A stretch of 64,000 nt of DNA. It comes from Chloropicon primus (Eukaryota). Positions 59,178 through 64,000 of this stretch are shown piece after piece. The stretch is from NCBI GenBank assembly GCA_023205875.1, contig CP060757.1:1054001-1118000 (forward strand). The letters run 5' to 3'. How positions within the stretch are numbered: the stretch's first letter is position 1; each line of letters opens with the position of its first letter. The position numbers were made by a program, and so were the translations under genes. Under the pieces are notes generated by a model, which was not told where the DNA came from, did not search any database, and worked only from the letters and a program-made list of their open reading frames with translations.

Positions 59178-62100
59178 TCAGTGCTTCAGATAAGAATAAT
59201 TTGTGTTCGAGGGTTGCATGGCGTTCGGTCTCTTGTGCTGCTGAGAGTTACCGCTTTCGGGGTTGCTTCCTTTCCTCTTGCTCAGGAGGCTCTTCGCCTC
59301 GGTGCTTACGCCTCGGCCATTGGAGTTCTCAGCACCCCTCTGCTGTAATCCGTGCTTCTGCAGGACTCTGGCGACCACCTGGATCACATCCCTGCCGTAC
59401 TTCTCGACCTTGTTCTTGCTCCAGCCATCCAAGTTCTTGAGGTGCTCGATGCTCGTTGGCATCAAATCTGCGATACTCCTGATCAGATCAGAATTGTAGA
59501 CGTGGTAGGCCTTGAGCTTCATCCCGGCCTTCTTTGCTTCCTTTATAATGTTCTCCCTCAGCTGCATCAGCTCGTTCTCTATCTCCCTGATGCACTCGAA
59601 CTTTTCTTCGGCATCATCGCCCTGGCTCTGATCGAAGGCCATCTCATCAATCGATTTCAGAGGGACCTTCTTCGTCTTCAAGGACACCTTCTTCTGCGCC
59701 TTGGCAGCAACAGCAAGGGTTATCTTCCTCCTTCCACTTTTGATCTCCATCTCCACTGCTCGATTGACTCTGAGCAAGGTGGTCACCGTCTGGTAGAGGT
59801 TGTCCGCCTTTGAGGTCACTTCCGTCAGGACTCCGTCAATGACAAGCTTCTGCAAGAGTCTGGAGGCCTCGTTTTTAAGCCACGCAGAGCCTTTGCCAAA
59901 CGCGCTCACGTTGTTGTGCTTGTTCCTCATCACTTTGGCGCACCTCGAACCCCTGAAGACATCCACGATGTGAGTCAAAGAGTGCTTTTGGCCGGTTTCC
60001 TGAACGATCGAGATGATGTTTTTCACGTCCTCCGTAACGTCCTTGGTCTCGTACGTCTTGCCGCTCCTCTGATTGTTCTTGCAGTTGTCGCAGGTTCCCT
60101 TGCACAATCCAGGGTCAAAGTTCTCTCCAAAGTGCCTCAAAAGGAGCACACGCCTGCACTCAATCGTGTTCTCGCAATACGAGACCATGCCGTTCAAACT
60201 CTCGATGTTGTTCTGCAGTTGCTGAGGAGGGGCGTTGTTTTCCTTTGCGCTCGATTCCAGCAACCTCTTCAATTTCTGGTAATCACCGAACCTGTAGAAC
60301 AGGACGCAAAGAGCATCCTTGAGGTCCCTCCCAGCCCTCCCCGCTTCTTGGTGGTAGCCCTCCAAGGACTTTGGGAGGGAATAGTGGATCACGAACCTCA
60401 CGTCTGGCTTGTTGATGCCCATACCAAAAGCCACCGTTGCACACAAAATGTGAACCTCGTCATTGCTCCACTTGGATTGCACGGCCTCCCTGACGTCCGG
60501 CTCCAAGCCTGCGTGGTAAAAGTCGACCACAACTCTCTTCAAGTTCTGGCACCTCCGCCTCATGTTGTTCTTACAAGCAAAGCATCTGCCGCACTTGTGG
60601 TCCGCGAACTGCTTGTTGAGCTCCACCGAGACCTTCTCGCAATCAAACTTGGAGAAGCAGTAGATGATCCCCGTCTGAACGCGGCCGAACCTATCCGTGC
60701 AATTGTCAAGAATCAAGTTTTTCATCTCTTCGATGCAGGACTTGGTCTTCTTTCTCACCTCGTACTTGAGATTCTTCCTGTTGAAGGAGGACTTGAATTG
60801 TACGCAAGACTTGATCTGGAGCTGCTGCACAATGTCCTCCTGTACCCGCTCGGTGGCCGTGGCAGTCAAAACCAGGGCTGGCACCTGCGGGTACCGCATC
60901 TTGAAGACCCTCAATTCCTTGTAGTCCTTCCTGAAGTCGTGTCCCCACTGAGAAACGCAGTGGGCCTCGTCGATCACGAAGCGGGAGAGAAACGACTTGC
61001 TGTTGAGGTCGTCGAAAACAGAAAGCAAGTGGGCGCTGTTTGCAACCTTTTCTGGCGTCACATAGAGAAGCTTGAGCCCAGGGGGAGACTGCCTCAAGCA
61101 AGACAGGATCCTCCTCCTCTCAAAGTCGTCCGTGGTCGAGCCAAGTGCCCCGCACTCGATGTTCGCCACTCTCAGCTGAGATATCTGGTCCTGAATCAGT
61201 GCCACCAGGGGCGAGATCACCACAGTGAGGCCGCTCTCGCACAGGGCGGGCAGTTGGTAGCACAAACTTTTGCCTCCACCCGTGGGCATCAGGGCAAAGA
61301 CGTCATTCCCGCTCAGAGTGGCGTTCATGATCTCTTTCTGGTCCCTCCTGAAGCTCGAGTAACCAAAGTAATCCCGGTTGAAGTCCTGGAGCTGCGTGCT
61401 CCAAGGAAAGTCACTCCTCGTCCACTTTGGGTCGCTCGAGCCATCAATGAGAGCCGTATTGATGTACCCCCTCGCCTTTGGTATGTCAGGCTTGTTTGCT
61501 GTGTACACACCGTCGTCCCCAAATTTGGGAGCGCCGTCCCCGAACGCCATCGGCTCGTTCCCGTACGGCGCACTGCTGCTGTTGTAGTCGCTGTAGTGCG
61601 AAGGCCCATCAAGTGCGGCGGGCGGAGGGGGGCCACTCTCGAAGTGGTTGGTCTGCTGCTGGAACGAGCTCTCGTACCTGCCTCGCCCCTCGTCCGGGAA
61701 GGTCGGAAAGCCTTGAGCCTCCTGCCTCTGCTCGCTCGCAAAAGCCCCGACCCCCGCACCCACGCCCCCCTGAGCGCGAAGGCTCGGCCCGTCCACCGGG
61801 TTGGGCGTGAAAGGCGCCGCGACGCCGTGGGGCTCCCTCCCCTCCGGGGCCGCCCGCGAGCTCAGTCGAGCCTTCAGCTCGCTGCACTCCCTGCCGAGGT
61901 CGCGGATCCTCGACTCGTCGCCCTTCCCCTGAAGCAGACTGACGAGAAGCTCCAACTTTTCTATGTACAAGTCCTTCGGGTCCCTCGGCGCCGGGCTCGC
62001 GAAACCCGGCGGCACGACGTCGTGGCGGTCGCTGGCGCGCGGCGAGCGAGCAAAGCGGGGGCTGCTCCCCTCGTCGACCCCCTCGAAGTGGGGCGGCGGA

Positions 62101-62555
62101 GGAGGCGGCCGCGCCGCGCCGGCGCTCTCGACCTGCTTCTTCTTGTAGTGCGCGCTCACGAGCTCTTCCATGTCAATGTCGAAGTACTCGTCGTCCTCCA
62201 ACTCCACCACCTCGGGCTCGCTCCCCCTCTCCGCCGCCGCGAGAGGCGGGGCCACCCCAGCCCCGCCCTGCTGCCGCACATTCAGGTTCACCGCGGCGGC
62301 CTGCCGCGGCGGGGCGGCCCTGCTGACGCCCGCGACCGGGTCGCTCCGCCCACACCTCCCGACGTTCCCTCGGTCGAAAGCCACGCGACCGCACAGCTTC
62401 CCGAACGCCTCCCTGCACCGCTCCGCGAGGACATGCCGAGGGCCGAGACCACCCAGCTCGCTCTCCCCCGGCCGGTGCTCCACCGCCTCCATTCTGAGAC
62501 GCCCTCCGCCCCTCGAAGAGTACGTGAACCCCTCCCAATACCCCTCCATCGCCAT
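59178..62555 (-). CDS. RecQ DNA helicase (BLM/RECQ4A-like, with RQC and HRDC)
   Basis: [57 protein letters not shown]...CDNC, C-terminal HRDC. Confidence 0.95.
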   Translation of the reverse strand: MAMEGYWEGFTYSSRGGGRLRMEAVEHRPGESELGGLGPRHVLAERCREAFGKLCGRVAFDRGNVGRCGRSDPVAGVSRAAPPRQAAAVNLNVRQQGGAGVAPPLAAAERGSEPEVVELEDDEYFDIDMEELVSAHYKKKQVESAGAARPPPPPPHFEGVDEGSSPRFARSPRASDRHDVVPPGFASPAPRDPKDLYIEKLELLVSLLQGKGDESRIRDLGRECSELKARLSSRAAPEGREPHGVAAPFTPNPVDGPSLRAQGGVGAGVGAFASEQRQEAQGFPTFPDEGRGRYESSFQQQTNHFESGPPPPAALDGPSHYSDYNSSSAPYGNEPMAFGDGAPKFGDDGVYTANKPDIPKARGYINTALIDGSSDPKWTRSDFPWSTQLQDFNRDYFGYSSFRRDQKEIMNATLSGNDVFALMPTGGGKSLCYQLPALCESGLTVVISPLVALIQDQISQLRVANIECGALGSTTDDFERRRILSCLRQSPPGLKLLYVTPEKVANSAHLLSVFDDLNSKSFLSRFVIDEAHCVSQWGHDFRKDYKELRVFKMRYPQVPALVLTATATERVQEDIVQQLQIKSCVQFKSSFNRKNLKYEVRKKTKSCIEEMKNLILDNCTDRFGRVQTGIIYCFSKFDCEKVSVELNKQFADHKCGRCFACKNNMRRRCQNLKRVVVDFYHAGLEPDVREAVQSKWSNDEVHILCATVAFGMGINKPDVRFVIHYSLPKSLEGYHQEAGRAGRDLKDALCVLFYRFGDYQKLKRLLESSAKENNAPPQQLQNNIESLNGMVSYCENTIECRRVLLLRHFGENFDPGLCKGTCDNCKNNQRSGKTYETKDVTEDVKNIISIVQETGQKHSLTHIVDVFRGSRCAKVMRNKHNNVSAFGKGSAWLKNEASRLLQKLVIDGVLTEVTSKADNLYQTVTTLLRVNRAVEMEIKSGRRKITLAVAAKAQKKVSLKTKKVPLKSIDEMAFDQSQGDDAEEKFECIREIENELMQLRENIIKEAKKAGMKLKAYHVYNSDLIRSIADLMPTSIEHLKNLDGWSKNKVEKYGRDVIQVVARVLQKHGLQQRGAENSNGRGVSTEAKSLLSKRKGSNPESGNSQQHKRPNAMQPSNTNYSYLKH

Positions 62556-62782
62556 CCCAGCGCTCTGCGCTCGATCATCTGTCGTCCCCTCCCTGAAGGG
62601 CGCGAAATCTAACCATCGGGGATAACGGATGCGGAAAGGTCGGAGTTCCCGCAAAGGGCAATGGATATACACATCGCGAAGACGTCGACGCCGTGGGGAG
62701 GCGAGGGAAGGGACTGACGCGTGCACCGTGCTGCTGCTTCTTTTGGGTTGAGTCCGTCCGCGTCTTTTTCAAGTCAGTCGTA

Positions 62783-63031
62783 ATGGTTTGCTCCGCGAGG
62801 TTGTTGTCGCATTGGGGGGTGGCTCTGGTTTTGGTTTTGGTTTGCGCCGCGAGCGGTTGCCTGGCCGCGAGGGACGCGGGTGTCGCCGACCCGTCGCCCC
62901 AGGGGTTCCTGAGGAAGTTGCTGTTCGCCGTGGAGATGCCGATCGGCCAGGGACGGTGCGCGGGGACTTTCTTCAGGGAGATGATCCCTTGCTACCTCTC
63001 CGAGTACGGCCCCACGGCCTCGTTCGCGTGA
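62783..63031 (+). CDS. Small secreted prepropeptide (82 aa)
   Basis: Signal peptide, short pro-region ending RKLL, 35-aa C-terminal peptide with 2 Cys; high GC3; TGTAA near 63210. Confidence 0.6.
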   Translation: MVCSARLLSHWGVALVLVLVCAASGCLAARDAGVADPSPQGFLRKLLFAVEMPIGQGRCAGTFFREMIPCYLSEYGPTASFA

Positions 63032-63367
63032 GCCTCTCTCTCTCTCTCGTGCGCGCGCGCGCGTTGCCGTTCGGAGACCTCGGGGCACAAGAAAACACGA
63101 CCGCCGCGTCACTCCTCGTGCGTGCACGAGGGGGAGAGCTGCCGCCCAGAGTCTGCGGCGACGGCCTGCTCTCGACAGCAGCCGCGAGGAAACACTAATT
63201 TGTTTGTATTGTAATCACTGCACTGCACCAAAGAAGCTTTGGTGGCCGTGGTAACGTGGATTGTCGTGCCCGCTCCCCCCTCCCCCCTCCCCCTCCCTCT
63301 CGTTTCCAAGCCCCGCGAGTGCAGCGTTCATCGTTCAGCGCCTTCCCCTCTACGGGATCATCACATC

Positions 63368-64000
63368 ATGGCTTACGTCGGCCTCAAGGACACGCTGCGG
63401 AGGTTGGGCAGACTGAAGGCCGCGCTAGCGCGCCAGTCGGGGGGAGGGATCCTGAATGCCGGCTTCCCGGGCGGCTTCGCCAGGGACCTCCGGGTGGTGT
63501 CCTCGCACGCGGAAGAGAAACGGAGGAGGAGGATATGGGCGCCCATCTCGAGCCTGAAGTCTGCAGGGGCGAGGGCGACCGGATTCCGGGCGAGGGCCAG
63601 GCAGTTCGGGACGGGAGGCGGCGGCGCGCCGGGAGGCGAGGAGGCGAGCTGGGTCTCTCTCGGGCTGAAGAAGGAAGTCGCAGCGAGCCTCGTGAGTTCT
63701 GGGTTCCCGTTCCCTTCGCAGACCCAGAAGCTCGCTGTGCCGAAAGTGGTTGCGGGGGGCGACGTCGTCGTCGCCGCGGAGACGGGGAGCGGCAAGACGA
63801 TCGCGTACCTGGCCCCGATCCTGGACAAGCTCTCTCGCCTGCTCGAGAGCCGGGGCGGGGATACTGCCGTGGCCCTCGTCTTGTGCCCCAACGTGCAGCT
63901 GTGCAAGCAAGTCTCGGGGGTGGCGAAGGAGCTCCTGGGGGGCGCAAGCTTGAGTTCCGAGGGATCGGTGAGGGTGTTCGACGTCACCGAGGACGAGTAC
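63368..64000 (+). CDS. DEAD-box RNA helicase (RH22-like), organelle-targeted; 3' end lies outside the window
   Basis: ATG at 63368. Q-motif WVSLGL...GFPFPSQTQ, motif I AAETGSGKTIAYLAP, motif Ia VLCPNVQLCKQV. Confidence 0.9.
   Translation, partial: MAYVGLKDTLRRLGRLKAALARQSGGGILNAGFPGGFARDLRVVSSHAEEKRRRRIWAPISSLKSAGARATGFRARARQFGTGGGGAPGGEEASWVSLGLKKEVAASLVSSGFPFPSQTQKLAVPKVVAGGDVVVAAETGSGKTIAYLAPILDKLSRLLESRGGDTAVALVLCPNVQLCKQVSGVAKELLGGASLSSEGSVRVFDVTEDEY

Noticed and set aside
1..64000. tRNA, rRNA, snRNA, CRISPR arrays, transposons, selenoprotein UGA readthrough
   Set aside because: None recognised by eye and the intergenic gaps are very short; an Infernal/tRNAscan search would be needed to exclude small ncRNAs.

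Overview
Eukaryotic nuclear DNA from a compact, GC-rich, intron-poor genome. The short 5'-biased GT-AG introns, TGTAA poly(A) signals, ARA6-type Rab5 and plastid-type transit peptides fit a picoplanktonic green alga, possibly Chloropicon-like (inference). The window holds about 38 tightly packed protein-coding genes, many in head-to-head pairs. Recognisable genes: cathepsin Z, MOCS3, dipeptide epimerase, amino-acid permease, MPDU1, Nup93, uridine kinase/UPRT, endo-beta-mannosidase, MED4, MED14, mS26, DHX35, SRPK, an EH-domain protein, PDI, XRCC2, an XK-family protein, a GT29, MetRS, RABF1, GatC, uL13m, eIF6, RecQ and a DEAD-box helicase. The most interesting unannotated items are: an EF-hand protein with a PHTF/7TMIC-like channel core; secreted precursors sharing an RxL(L) processing motif, including an 82-aa peptide-hormone-like precursor; a miniature CTC1-like OB-fold protein; a triple-repeat LolA/ependymin-like membrane protein; a 1306-aa Ala/Gly/Ser-rich secreted protein; a 57-aa Gly/Ala microprotein; and TAA stops that double as TGTAA poly(A) signals. 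No rRNA, tRNA, CRISPR array or mobile element was recognised. All family calls come from motif recognition by eye, not database searches.
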